This document shows, one piece after another, positions 43,368 through 57,218 of a stretch of DNA of 64,000 bases (within the stretch, counting starts at the first letter, position 1; every line of letters begins with the position of its first letter). The stretch is from Balanoglossus misakiensis. Its lineage: Eukaryota > Animalia > Hemichordata. Below the pieces are notes generated by a model, which saw nothing but the letters and a program-made list of their open reading frames with translations, was not told the origin of the DNA and did no database searches. Both the position numbers and the translations under genes were made by a program. The stretch is from positions 10,819,337-10,883,336 of the forward strand of contig CM082586.2 of NCBI GenBank assembly GCA_040954595.2, written 5' to 3'.

Positions 43368-46300
43368 GTAAGTATCATGTTAAACTATAGAGTTAAAGGT
43401 ATATGATCACCCATGGAAAATTAGCTATATATAGTTACCATGGAAAATTGAAATCTAGCCAATCACAGATTTTCATTTGGTGGCACACGTGGAAAACAGG
43501 CGCCACCATATGTTCTTTAGAATGCTCAAATACGCCATTCAGCCATATATGGGAATGTGTATTGAAGGTGACTGTATACTTTTAACCAAGATTTGTCATA
43601 TTATTGACCTTTATACCGCAATGAATTTGCAGCAACAAAAAGTGGACAAAAAGCTGAATTTCATAATTGGATTTCATAATTTTGCCGTAATTCAATAATG
43701 AAATGTGGAGAAAGTCAGCAGACCAACTTTGCACTGTTATTATTTATTTTGGATTTGTTTCCCTCCTGCTAACAAAAGTGTCCTCTCACCTCATGGCATG
43801 AAGATGCATTGAATTCTGAGAAAAAGGGGATTAATACTTGAGTGTATTTACAAAGACAAACAAGCTCACTGGTAGCATTTAAAGGGGAAGTCCGGTTCAG
43901 CTACATAATTGGGTAGCTTTGAGGTCATTCTTTCAGAAAAAAACATTGTGTAGAAATTATGCATAAATCAGCTGGACAGGACTTCCCTTTTAATATTTCC
44001 AAGCAAGGCAATTGGTTTACTGCAACAATTACTTTGAAAACACAGTGTAAAACAACAATCATGATATGAATGTTACTTTAATAGATAGTCATACTTATAT
44101 AAGCATGACTGTCTATGTTGGTCTGTAAGTTGTATTTGAAAGAAAAGTTTCATGTACGAATAGTACAAAGATTGACATTTAGTCCACAAATCCCTGAAAT
44201 GAGACAGCCACGACCTACCATTAACATTAACCAGAGCACACAGTAACCAGGCCAGAGTGGCCAGTATCGTGCCCATTAATTTTGAGTGTTTGATGGGGGT
44301 CAACCTTTGCGTCAACATTAACCAGAGCACACAGTAACCAGGCCGTAGTGGACAGTGTTCTGCCCATTAATTTTGAGTGTTTGGTGGGGTCAACCTTTGC
44401 GTCAACATTAACCAGAGCACACAGTAACCAGGCCATAGTGGACAGTGTGCTGCCCATTAATTTTGAGTGTTTGGTGGGGTCAACCTTTGCGTCAACATTA
44501 ACCAGAGCACACAGTAACCAGGCCGTAGTGGACAGTGTTCTGCCCATTAATTTTGAGTGTTTGGTGGGGTCAACCTTTGCGTCAACATTAACCAGAGCAC
44601 ACAGTAACCAGGCCGTAGTGGACAGTGTTCTGCCCATTAATTTTGAGTGTTTGGTGGGGTCAACCTTTGCGTCAACATTAACCAGAGCACACAGTAACCA
44701 GGCCGTAGTGGACAGTGTTCTGCCCATTAATTTTGAGTGTTTGGTGGGGTCAACCTTTGCGTCAACATTAACTAGGCCAGAGTGGCCAGTATCGTGCCCA
44801 TTAATTTTGAGTGTTTGGTGGGGTCAACCTTTGCGTCAACATTAACTAGGCCAGAGTGGCCAGTATCGTGCCCATTAATTTTGAGTGTTTGGTGGGGTCA
44901 ACCTTTGCGTCAACATTAACTAGGCCAGAGTGGCCAGTATCGTGCCCATTAATTTTGAGTGTTTGGTGGGGTCAACCTTTGCGTCAACATTAACTAGGCC
45001 AGAGTGGCCAGTATCGTGCCCATTAATTTTGAGTGTTTGGTGGGGGTCAACCTTTGCGTCAACATTAACCAGAGCACACAGTAACCAGGCCGTAGGGGAC
45101 AGTGTTCTGCCCATTAATTTTGAGTGTTTGGTGGGGTCAACCTTTGCGTCACCATTAACCAGAGCACACAGTAACCAGGCCGTAGTGGACAGTGTGCTGC
45201 CCATTAATTTTGAGTGTTTGGTGGGGTCAACCTTTGCGTCAACATTAACCAGAGCACACAGTAACCAGGCCATAGTGGACAGTGTTCTGCCCATTAATTT
45301 TGAGTGTTTGGTGGGGTCAACCTTTGCGTCAACATTAACCAGAGCACACAGTAACCAGGCCGTAGTGGACAGTGTTCTGCCCATTAATTTTGAGTGTTTG
45401 GTGGGGTCAACCTTTGCGTCAACATTAACCAGAGCACACAGTAACCAGGCCGTAGTGGACAGTGTTCTGCCCATTAATTTTGAGTGTTTGGTGGGGTCAA
45501 CCTTTGCGTCAACATTAACCAGAGCACACAGTAACCAGGCCTTAGTGGACAGTGTTCTGCCCATTAATTTTGAGTGTTTGGTGGGGTCAACCTTTGCGTC
45601 AACATTAACCAGAGCACACAGTAACCAGGCCGTAGTGGACAGTGTTCTGCCCATTAATTTTGAGTGTTTGGTGGGGTCAACCTTTGCGTCAACATTAACC
45701 AGAGCACACAGTAACCAGGCCATAGTGGACAGTGTGCTGCCCATTAATTTTGAGTGTTTGGTGGGGTCAACCTTTGCGTCAACATTAACCAGAGCACACA
45801 GTAACCAGGCCGTAGTGGACAGTGTTCTGCCCATTAATTTTGAGTGTTTGGTGGGGTCAACCTTTGCGTCAACATTAACCAGAGCACACAGTAACCAGGC
45901 CATAGTGGACAGTGTTCTGCCCATTAATTTTGAGTGTTTGGTGGGGTCAACCTTTGCGTCAACATTAACCAGAGCACACAGTAACCAGGCCGTAGTGGAC
46001 AGTGTTCTGCCCATTAATTTTGAGTGTTTGGTGGGGTCAACCTTTGCGTCAACATTAACCAGAGCACACAGTAACCAGGCCAGAGTGGCCAGTATCGTGC
46101 CCATTAATTTTGAGTGTTTGATGGGGGTCAACCTTTGCGTCAACATTAACCAGAGCACACAGTAACCAGGCCGTAGTGGACAGTGGTCTGCCCATTAATT
46201 TTGAGTGTTTGGTGGGGTCAACCTTTGCGTCAACATTAACCAGAGCACACAGTAACCAGGCCATAGTGGACAGTGTGCTGCCCATTAATTTTGAGTGTTT

Positions 46301-49300
46301 GGTGGGGTCAACCTTTGCGTCAACATTAACCAGAGCACACAGAAACCAGGCCGTAGTGGACAGTGTTCTGCCCATTAATTTTGAGTGTTTGGTGGGGTCA
46401 ACCTTTGCGTCAACATTAACCAGAGCACACAGTAACCAGGCCGTAGTGGACAGTGTTCTGCCCATTAATTTTGAGTGTTTGGTGGGGTCAACCTTTGCGT
46501 CAACATTAACCAGAGCACACAGTAACCAGGCCATAGTGGACAGTGTGCTGCCCATTAATTTTGAGTGTTTGGTGGGGTCAACCTTTGCGTCAACATTAAC
46601 CAGAGCACACAGTAACCAGGCCGTAGTGGACAGTGTTCTGCCCATTAATTTTGAGTGTTTGGTGGGGTCAACCTTTGCGTCAACATTAACCAGAGCACAC
46701 AGTAACCAGGCCATAGTGGACAGTGTTCTGCCCATTAATTTTGAGTGTTTGGTGGGGTCAACCTTTGCGTCAACATTAACCAGAGCACACAGTAACCAGG
46801 CCGTAGTGGACAGTGTTCTGCCCATTAATTTTGAGTGTTTGGTGGGGTCAACCTTTGCGTCAACATTAACCAGAGCACACAGTAACCAGGCCAGAGTGGC
46901 CAGTATCGTGCCCATTAATTTTGAGTGTTTGATGGGGGTCAACCTTTGCGTCAACATTAACCAGAGCACACAGTAACCAGGCCGTAGTGGACAGTGTTCT
47001 GCCCATTAATTTTGAGTGTTTGGTGGGGTCAACCTTTGCGTCAACATTAACCAGAGCACACAGTAACCAGGCCATAGTGGACAGTGTGCTGCCCATTAAT
47101 TTTGAGTGTTTGGTGGGGTCAACCTTTGCGTCAACATTAACCAGAGCACACAGTAACCAGGCCGTAGTGGACAGTGTTCTGCCCATTAATTTTGAGTGTT
47201 TGGTGGGGTCAACCTTTGCGTCAACATTAACCAGAGCACACAGTAACCAGGCCGTAGTGGACAGTGTTCTGCCCATTAATTTTGAGTGTTTGGTGGGGTC
47301 AACCTTTGCGTCAACATTAACCAGAGCACACAGTAACCAGGCCGTAGTGGACAGTGTTCTGCCCATTAATTTTGAGTGTTTGGTGGGGTCAACCTTTGCG
47401 TCAACATTAACTAGGCCAGAGTGGCCAGTATCGTGCCCATTAATTTTGAGTGTTTGGTGGGGTCAACCTTTGCGTCAACATTAACTAGGCCAGAGTGGCC
47501 AGTATCGTGCCCATTAATTTTGAGTGTTTGGTGGGGTCAACCTTTGCGTCAACATTAACTAGGCCAGAGTGGCCAGTATCGTGCCCATTAATTTTGAGTG
47601 TTTGGTGGGGTCAACCTTTGCGTCAACATTAACCAGAGCACACAGTAACCAGGCCGTAGTGGACAGTGTTCTGCCCATTAATTTTGAGTGTTTGGTGGGG
47701 TCAACCTTTGCGTCAACATTAACCAGAGCACACAGTAACCAGGCCATAGTGGACAGTGTGCTGCCCATTAATTTTGAGTGTTTGGTGGGGTCAACCTTTG
47801 CGTCAACATTAACCAGAGCACACAGTAACCAGGCCGTAGTGGACAGTGTTCTGCCCATTAATTTTGAGTGTTTGGTGGGGTCAACCTTTGCGTCAACATT
47901 AACCAGAGCACACAGTAACCAGGCCATAGTGGACAGTGTGCTGCCCATTAATTTTGAGTGTTTGGTGGGGTCAACCTTTGCGTCAACATTAACCAGAGCA
48001 CACAGTAACCAGGCCATAGTGGACAGTGTTCTGCCCATTAATTTTGAGTGTTTGGTGGGGTCAACCTTTGCGTCAACATTAACCAGAGCACACAGTAACC
48101 AGGCCGTAGTGGACAGTGTTCTGCCCATTAATTTTGAGTGTTTGGTGGGGTCAACCTTTGCGTCAACATTAACCAGAGCACACAGTAACCAGGCCGTAGT
48201 GGACAGTGTTCTGCCCATTAATTTTGAGTGTTTGGTGGGGTCAACCTTTGCGTCAACATTAACCAGAGCACACAGTAACCAGGCCATAGTGGACAGTGTT
48301 CTGCCCATTAATTTTGAGTGTTTGGTGGGGTCAACCTTTGCGTCAACATTAACCAGAGCACACAGTAACCAGGCCGTAGTGGACAGTGTTCTGCCCATTA
48401 ATTTTGAGTGTTTGGTGGGGTCAACCTTTGCGTCAACATTAACCAGAGCGCACAGTAACCAGGCCATAGTGGACAGTGTTCTGCCCATTAATTTTGAGTG
48501 TTTGGTGGGGTCAACCTTTGCGTCAACATTAACCAGAGCACACAGTAACCAGGCCGTAGTGGACAGTGTTCTGCCCATTAATTTTGAGTGTTTGGTGGGG
48601 TCAACCTTTGCGTCAACATTAACCAGAGCACACAGTAACCAGGCCATAGTGGACAGTGTGCTGCCCATTAATTTTGAGTGTTTGGTGGGGTCAACCTTTG
48701 CGTCAACATTAACCAGAGCACACAGTAACCAGGCCGTAGTGGACAGTGTTCTGCCCATTAATTTTGAGTGTTTGGTGGGGTCAACCTTTGCGTCAACATT
48801 AACCAGAGCACACAGTAACCAGGCCATAGTGGACAGTGTTCTGCCCATTAATTTTGAGTGTTTGGTGGGGTCAACCTTTGCGTCAACATTAACCAGAGCA
48901 CACAGTAACCAGGCCGTAGTGGACAGTGTTCTGCCCATTAATTTTGAGTGTTTGGTGGGGTCAACCTTTGCGTCAACATTAACCAGAGCACACAGTAACC
49001 AGGCCGTAGTGGACAGTGTTCTGCCCATTAATTTTGAGTGTTTGGTGGGGTCAACCTTTGCGTCAACATTAACCAGAGCACACAGTAACCAGGCCGTAGT
49101 GGACAGTGTTCTGCCCATTAATTTTGAGTGTTTGGTGGGGTCAACCTTTGCGTCAACATTAACCAGAGCACACAGTAACCAGGCCATAGTGGACAGTGTT
49201 CTGCCCATTAATTTTGAGTGTTTGGTGGGGTCAACCTTTGCGTCAACATTAACCAGAGCACACAGTAACCAGGCCATAGTGGACAGTGTTCTGCCCATTA

Positions 49301-51149
49301 ATTTTGAGTGTTTGGTGGGGTCAACCTTTGCGTCAACATTAACCAGAGCACACAGTAACCAGGCCGTAGTGGACAGTGTTCTGCCCATTAATTTTGAGTG
49401 TTTGGTGGGGTCAACCTTTGCGTCAACATTAACCAGAGCACACAGTAACCAGGCCGTAGTGGACAGTGTTCTGCCCATTAATTTTGAGTGTTTGGTGGGG
49501 TCAACCTTTGCGTCAACATTAACCAGAGCACACAGTAACCAGGCCGTAGTGGACAGTGTTCTGCCCATTAATTTTGAGTGTTTGGTGGGGTCAACCTTTG
49601 CGTCAACATTAACCAGAGCACACAGTAACCAGGCCGTAGTGGACAGTGTTCTGCCCATTAATTTTGAGTGTTTGGTGGGGTCAACCTTTGCGTCAACATT
49701 AACCAGAGCACACAGTAACCAGGCCATAGTGGACAGTGTGCTGCCCATTAATTTTGAGTGTTTGGTGGGGTCAACCTTTGCGTCAACATTAACCAGAGCA
49801 CACAGTAACCAGGCCATAGTGGACAGTGTGCTGCCCATTAATTTTGAGTGTTTGGTGGGGTCAACCTTTGCGTCAACATTAACCAGAGCACACAGTAACC
49901 AGGCCGTAGTGGACAGTGTTCTGCCCATTAATTTTGAGTGTTTGGTGGGGTCAACCTTTGCGTCAACATTAACCAGAGCACACAGTAACCAGGCCGTAGT
50001 GGACAGTGTTCTGCCCATTAATTTTGAGTGTTTGGTGGGGTCAACCTTTGCGTCAACATTAACCAGAGCACACAGTAACCAGGCCGTAGTGGACAGTGTT
50101 CTGCCCATTAATTTTGAGTGTTTGGTGGGGTCAACCTTTGCGTCAACATTAACCAGAGCACACAGTAACCAGGCCGTAGTGGACAGTGTTCTGCCCATTA
50201 ATTTTGAGTGTTTGGTGGGGTCAACCTTTGCGTCAACATTAACCAGAGCACACAGTAACCAGGCCGTAGTGGACAGTGTTCTGCCCATTAATTTTGAGTG
50301 TTTGGTGGGGTCAACCTTTGCGTCAACATTAACCAGAGCACACAGTAACCAGGCCGTAGTGGACAGTGTTCTGCCCATTAATTTTGAGTGTTTGGTGGGG
50401 TCAACCTTTGCGTCAACATTAACCAGAGCACACAGTAACCAGGCCATAGTGGACAGTGTGCTGCCCATTAATTTTGAGTGTTTGGTGGGGTCAACCTTTG
50501 CGTCAACATTAACCAGAGCACACAGTAACCAGGCCATAGTGGACAGTGTTCTGCCCATTAATTTTGAGTGTTTGGTGGGGTCAACCTTTGCGTCAACATT
50601 AACCAGAGCACACAGTAACCAGGCCGTAGTGGACAGTGTTCTGCCCATTAATTTTGAGTGTTTGGTGGGGTCAACCTTTGCGTCAACATTAACCAGAGCA
50701 CACAGTAACCAGGCCATAGTGGACAGTGTTCTGCCCATTAATTTTGAGTGTTTGGTGGGGTCAACCTTTGCGTCAACATTAACCAGAGCACACAGTAACC
50801 AGGCCGTAGTGGACAGTGTTCTGCCCATTAATTTTGAGTGTTTGGTGGGGTCAACCTTTGCGTCAACATTAACCAGAGCACACAGTAACCAGGCCATAGT
50901 GGACAGTGTGCTGCCCATTAATTTTGAGTGTTTGGTGGGGTCAACCTTTGCGTCAACATTAACCAGAGCACAGAGTAACCAGGCCATAGTGGACAGTGTT
51001 CTGCCCATTAATTTTGAGTGTTTGGTGGGGTCAACCTTTGCGTCAACATTAATCAGAGCACACAGTAACCAGGCCGTAGTGGACAGTGTTCTGCCCATTA
51101 ATTTTGAGTGTTTGGTGGGGTCAACCTTTGCGTCAACATTAACCAGAGC

Positions 51150-51980
51150 CACGGTTACTAGAAGAAGACGGTTAGGAAACTATTTTTTCTCCATTGTTAG
51201 ATGCTCGCCTCGGTAAACACTTAGTGTAAACGAAAGATATCAGGTGCTAACGAGCCTGGCCGTACGAATAATGACGTCATTCCCCCACAATCCAAAGCAA
51301 ACCATACTCGTGTTTACGGAATTGCTTGCACGCACAGTACGTAGACCACCAGAATTGAAGAAAACAGAACAGAGGATGGATAATTTATAAAGTCACAACA
51401 CATTTATGACAATTTTGAACTTTCAAGGACATGATGAAGCCATACATTCTTTGTCTTGACTGTGCCCTAGAGATTCGATGCGAACCAAAACAAACAAGAT
51501 GGCCGCCAAAGGCTATATCGATAATGTTAAATTAACGACTGTATCGAAATGGGTATGCAATGAATCTCAACGAAATATTCCAATTGGAATAAACGAAATA
51601 GCCCATGCAATACAAAAAGGTGTAAAATATCTAAATATATTTAAAAAAAACAGAAATGCGACCATCAGGGTTGAATTCTAGGGGTTCAAAATTCGACGCT
51701 ATTTGAATCCGGATTTTAAGTTAACCACCCAAGAAACAATGGTAGAGTGTCACAAGCCCAACAGACTATGACCGTGCACTCCATAAGCCTATATGGAATT
51801 CGTACAAAAAAAAGTGGCGCTGTACTCTGACGAAAAAGGGCAGATGAAGGGGTTCAAAAATTAGCTACGTTCCCCAATACAACCCCACATAGCGGTTCGG
51901 ACATGGACTCTCCTAGCTAACACCTCGTTCACACCTTCCGAACAATAGAGTTTCCTAACCGTCTTCTTCTAGTAACCGTG
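51150..51980. mobile_element. 831-bp non-autonomous DNA transposon with 32-bp perfect TIRs and 7-bp TSD
   Basis: TIR cacggttactagaagaagacggttaggaaact. CCAGAGC is duplicated at 51143-51149 and 51981-51987. Confidence 0.93.
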
Positions 51981-54900
51981 CCAGAGCACACAGTAACCAG
52001 GCCATAGTGGACAGTGTTCTGCCCATTAATTTTGAGTGTTTGGTGGGGTCAACATTTGCGTCAACATTAACCAGAGCACACAGTAACCAGGCCGTAGTGG
52101 ACAGTGTTCTGCCCATTAATTTTGAGTGTTTGGTGGGTCAACCTTTGCGTCAACATTAACTAGGCCAGAGTGGCCAGTATCGTGCCCATTAATTTTGAGT
52201 GTTTGGTGGGGTCAACCTTTGCGTCAACATTAACTAGGCCAGAGTGGCCAGTATCATGCCCATTAATTTTGAGTGTTTGGTGGGGTCAACCTTTGCGTCA
52301 ACATTAACTAGGCCAGAGTGGCCAGTATCCTGCCCATTAATTTTGAGTGTTTGGTGGGGTCAACCTTTGCATCAACATTAACCAGGCCAGAGTGGCCAGT
52401 GTCGTGCCCATTAATTTTGAGTTTTTGGTGGGGTCAACCTTGGCATCAACATTAACTAGGCCAGAGTGGCCAGTATCGTGCCCATTAATTTTGAGTGTTT
52501 GGTGGGGTCAACCTTTGCGTCAACATTAACTAGGCCAGAGTGGCCAGTATCGTGCCCATTAATTTTGAGTGTTTGGTGGGGGTCAACCTTTGCGTCAACA
52601 TTAACCAGAGCACACAGTAACCAGGCCGTAGTGGACAGTGTTCTGCCCATTAATTTTGAGTGTTTGGTGGGGTCAACCTTTGCGTCAACATTAACTAGGC
52701 CAGAGTGGCCAGTATCGTGCCCATTAATTTTGTGTGTTTGGTGGGGTCAACCTTTGCGTCAACATTAACTAGGCCAGAGTGGCCAGTATCATGCCCATTA
52801 ATTTTGAGTGTTTGGTGGGGTCAACCTTTGCGTCAACATTAACTAGGCCAGAGTGGCCAGTATCCTGCCCATTAATTTTGAGTGTTTGGTGGGGTCAACC
52901 TTTGCATCAACATTAACCAGGCCAGAGTGGCCAGTGTCATGCCCATTAATTTTGAGTTTTTGGTGGGGTCAACCTTGGCATCAACATTAACTAGGCCAGA
53001 GTGGCCAGTATCGTGCCCATTAATTTTGAGTGTTTGGTGGGGTCAACCTTTGCGTCAACATTAACTAGGCCAGAGTGGCCAGTATCGTGCCCATTAATTA
53101 TGAGTGTTTGGTGGGGGTCAACCTTTGCGTCAACATTAACCAGAGCACACAGTAACCAGGCCGTAGTGGACAGTGTTCTGCCCATTAATTTTGAGTGTTT
53201 GGTGGGGTCAACCTTTGCGTCAACATTAACCAGAGCACACAGTAACCAGGCCTTAGTGGACAGTGTGCTGCCCATTAATTTTGAGTGTTTGGTGGGGTCA
53301 ACCTTTGCGTCAACATTAACCAGAGCACACAGTAACCAGGCCATAGTGGACAGTGTTCTGCCCATTAATTTTGAGTGTTTGGTGGGGTCAACCTTTGCGT
53401 CAACATTAACCAGAGCACACAGTAACCAGGCCGTAGTGGACAGTGTTCTGCCCATTAATTTTGAGTGTTTGGTGGGGTCAACCTTTGCGTCAACATTAAC
53501 CAGAGCACACAGTAACCAGGCCGTAGTGGACAGTGTTCTGCCCATTAATTTTGAGTGTTTGGTGGGGTCAACCTTTGCGTCAACATTAACCAGAGCACAC
53601 AGTAACCAGGCCATAGTGGACAGTGTTCTGCCCATTAATTTTGAGTGTTTGGTGGGGTCAACCTTTGCGTCAACATTAACCAGAGCACACAGTAACCAGG
53701 CCGTAGTGGACAGTGTTCTGCCCATTAATTTTGAGTGTTTGGTGGGGTCAACCTTTGCGTCAACATTAACCAGAGCACACAGTAACCAGGCCATAGTGGA
53801 CAGTATGCTGCCCATTGATTTTGAGTGTTTGGTGGCGTCAACCTTTGCGTCAACATTAACCAGAGCACACAATAACCAGGCCGTAGTGGACAGTGTTCTG
53901 CCCATTAATTTTGAGTGTTTGGTGGGGTCAACCTTTGCGTCAACATTAACCAGAGCACACAGTAACCAGGCCATAGTGGACAGTGTTCTGCCCATTAATT
54001 TTGAGTGTTTGGTGGGGTCAACCTTTGCGTCAACATTAACCAGAGCACACAGTAACCAGGCCGTAGTGGACAGTGTTCTGCCCATTAATTTTGAGTGTTT
54101 GGTGGGGTCAACCTTTGCGTCAACATTAACCAGAGCACACAGTAACCAGGCCTTAGTGGACAGTGTGCTGCCCATTAATTTTGAGTGTTTGGTGGGGTCA
54201 ACCTTTGCGTCAACATTAACCAGAGCACACAGTAACCAGGCCATAGTGGACAGTGTTCTGCCCATTAATTTTGAGTGTTTGGTGGGGTCAACCTTTGCGT
54301 CAACATTAACCAGAGCACACAGTAACCAGGCCGTAGTGGACAGTGTTCTGCCCATTAATTTTGAGTGTTTGGTGGGGTCAACCTTTGCGTCAACATTAAC
54401 CAGAGCACACAGTAACCAGGCCGTAGTGGACAGTGTTCTGCCCATTAATTTTGAGTGTTTGGTGGGGTCAACCTTTGCGTCAACATTAACCAGAGCACAC
54501 AGTAACCAGGCCATAGTGGACAGTGTTCTGCCCATTAATTTTGAGTGTTTGGTGGGGTCAACCTTTGCGTCAACATTAACCAGAGCACACAGTAACCAGG
54601 CCGTAGTGGACAGTGTTCTGCCCATTAATTTTGAGTGTTTGGTGGGGTCAACCTTTGCGTCAACATTAACCAGAGCACACAGTAACCAGGCCATAGTGGA
54701 CAGTATGCTGCCCATTGATTTTGAGTGTTTGGTGGCGTCAACCTTTGCGTCAACATTAACCAGAGCACACAATAACCAGGCCGTAGTGGACAGTGTTCTG
54801 CCCATTAATTTTGAGTGTTTGGTGGGGTCAACCTTTGCGTCAACATTAACCAGAGCACACAGTAACCAGGCCATAGTGGACAGTGTTCTGCCCATTAATT

Positions 54901-56386
54901 TTGAGTGTTTGGTGGGGTCAACCTTTGCGTCAACATTAACCAGAGCACACAGTAACCAGGCCGTAGTGGACAGTGTGCTGCCCATTAATTTTGAGTGTTT
55001 GGTGGGGTCAACCTTTGCGTCAACATTAACCAGAGCACACAGTAACCAGGCCATAGTGGACAGTGTGCTGCCCATTAATTTTGAGTGTTTGGTGGGGTCA
55101 ACCTTTGCGTCAACATTAACCAGAGCACACAGTAACCAGGCCATAGTGGACAGTGTTCTGCCCATTAATTTTGAGTGTTTGGTGGGGTCAACCTTTGCGT
55201 CAACATTAACCAGAGCACACAGTAACCAGGCCGTAGTGGACAGTGTTCTGCCCATTAATTTTGAGTGTTTGGTGGGGTCAACCTTTGCGTCAACATTAAC
55301 CAGAGCACACAGTAACCAGGCCGTAGTGGACAGTGTTCTGCCCATTAATTTTGAGTGTTTGGTGGGGTCAACCTTTGCGTCAACATTAACCAGAGCACAC
55401 AGTAACCAGGCCATAGTGGACAGTGTTCTGCCCATTAATTTTGAGTGTTTGGTGGGGTCAACCTTTGCGTCAACATTAACCAGAGCACACAGTAACCAGG
55501 CCGTAGTGGACAGTGTTCTGCCCATTAATTTTGAGTGTTTGGTGGGGTCAACCTTTGCGTCAACATTAACCAGAGCACACAGTAACCAGGCCATAGTGGA
55601 CAGTGTGCTGCCCATTAATTTTGAGTGTTTGGTGGGGTCAACCTTTGCGTCAACATTAACCAGAGCACAGAGTAACCAGGCCATAGTGGACAGTGTTCTG
55701 CCCATTAATTTTGAGTGTTTGGTGGGGTCAACCTTTGCGTCAACATTAATCAGAGCACACAGTAACCAGGCCGTAGTGGACAGTGTTCTGCCCATTAATT
55801 TTGAGTGTTTGGTGGGGTCAACCTTTGCGTCAACATTAACCAGAGCACACAGTAACCAGGCCGTAGTGGACAGTGTTCTGCCCATTAATTTTGAGTGTTT
55901 GGTGGGGTCAACCTTTGCGTCAACATTAACCAGAGCACACAGTAACCAGGCCATAGTGGACAGTGTTCTGCCCATTAATTTTGAGTGTTTGGTGGGGTCA
56001 ACCTTTGCGTCAACATTAACCAGAGCACACAGTAACCAGGCCGTAGTGGACAGTGTTCTGCCCATTAATTTTGAGTGTTTGGTGGGGTCAACCTTTGCGT
56101 CAACATTAACCAGAGCACACAGTAACCAGGCCATAGTGGACAGTGTGCTGCCCATTAATTTTGAGTGTTTGGTGGGGTCAACCTTTGCGTCAACATTAAC
56201 CAGAGCACAGAGTAACCAGGCCATAGTGGACAGTGTTCTGCCCATTAATTTTGAGTGTTTGGTGGGGTCAACCTTTGCGTCAACATTAATCAGAGCACAC
56301 AGTAACCAGGCCGTAGTGGACAGTGTTCTGCCCATTAATTTTGAGTGTTTGGTGGGGTCAACCTTTGCGTCAACATTAACCAGAGC

Positions 56387-57218
56387 CACGGTTACTAGAA
56401 GAAGACGGTTAGGAAACTATTTTTTCTCCATTGTTAGATGCTCGCCTCGGTAAACACTTAGTGTAAACGAAAGATATCAGGTGCTAACGAGCCTGGCCGT
56501 ACGAATAATGACGTCATTCCCCCACAATCCAAAGCAAACCATACTCGTGTTTACGGAATTGCTTGCACGCACAGTACGTAGACCACCAGAATTGAAGAAA
56601 ACAGAACAGAGGATGGATAATTTATAAAGTCACAACACATTTATGACAATTTTGAACTTTCAAGGACATGATGAAGCCATACATTCTTTGTCTTGACTGT
56701 GCCCTAGAGATTCGATGCGAACCAAAACAAACAAGATGGCCGCCAAAGGCTATATCGATAATGTTAAATTAACGACTGTATCGAAATGGGTATGCAATGA
56801 ATCTCAACGAAATATTCCAATTGGAATAAACGAAATAGCCCATGCAATACAAAAAGGTGTAAAATATCTAAATATATTTAAAAAAAACAGAAATGCGACC
56901 ATCAGGGTTGAATTCTAGGGGTTCAAAATTCGACGCTATTTGAATCCGGATTTTAAGTTAACCACCCAAGAAACAATGGTAGAGTGTCACAAGCCCAACA
57001 GACTATGACCGTGCACTCCATAAGCCTATATGGAATTCGTACAAAAAAAAAGTGGCGCTGTACTCTGACGAAAAAGGGCAGATGAAGGGGTTCAAAAATT
57101 AGCTACGTTCCCCAATACAACCCCACATAGCGGTTCGGACATGGACTCTCCTAGCTAACACCTCGTTCACACCTTCCGAACAATAGAGTTTCCTAACCGT
57201 CTTCTTCTAGTAACCGTG
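56387..57218. mobile_element. Second copy (832 bp) of the same TIR element
   Basis: Looks identical except for one extra A in an A-run; same TSD and same flanking monomer variants. Confidence 0.93.

Noticed and set aside
51150-51980. CAC-starting TIR as an RSS-like Transib/ProtoRAG end, and the internal 67-aa ORF as a gene
   Set aside because: The TSD is 7 bp rather than 5, no convincing heptamer-nonamer pair is present, and the short ORF has no recognisable motif.
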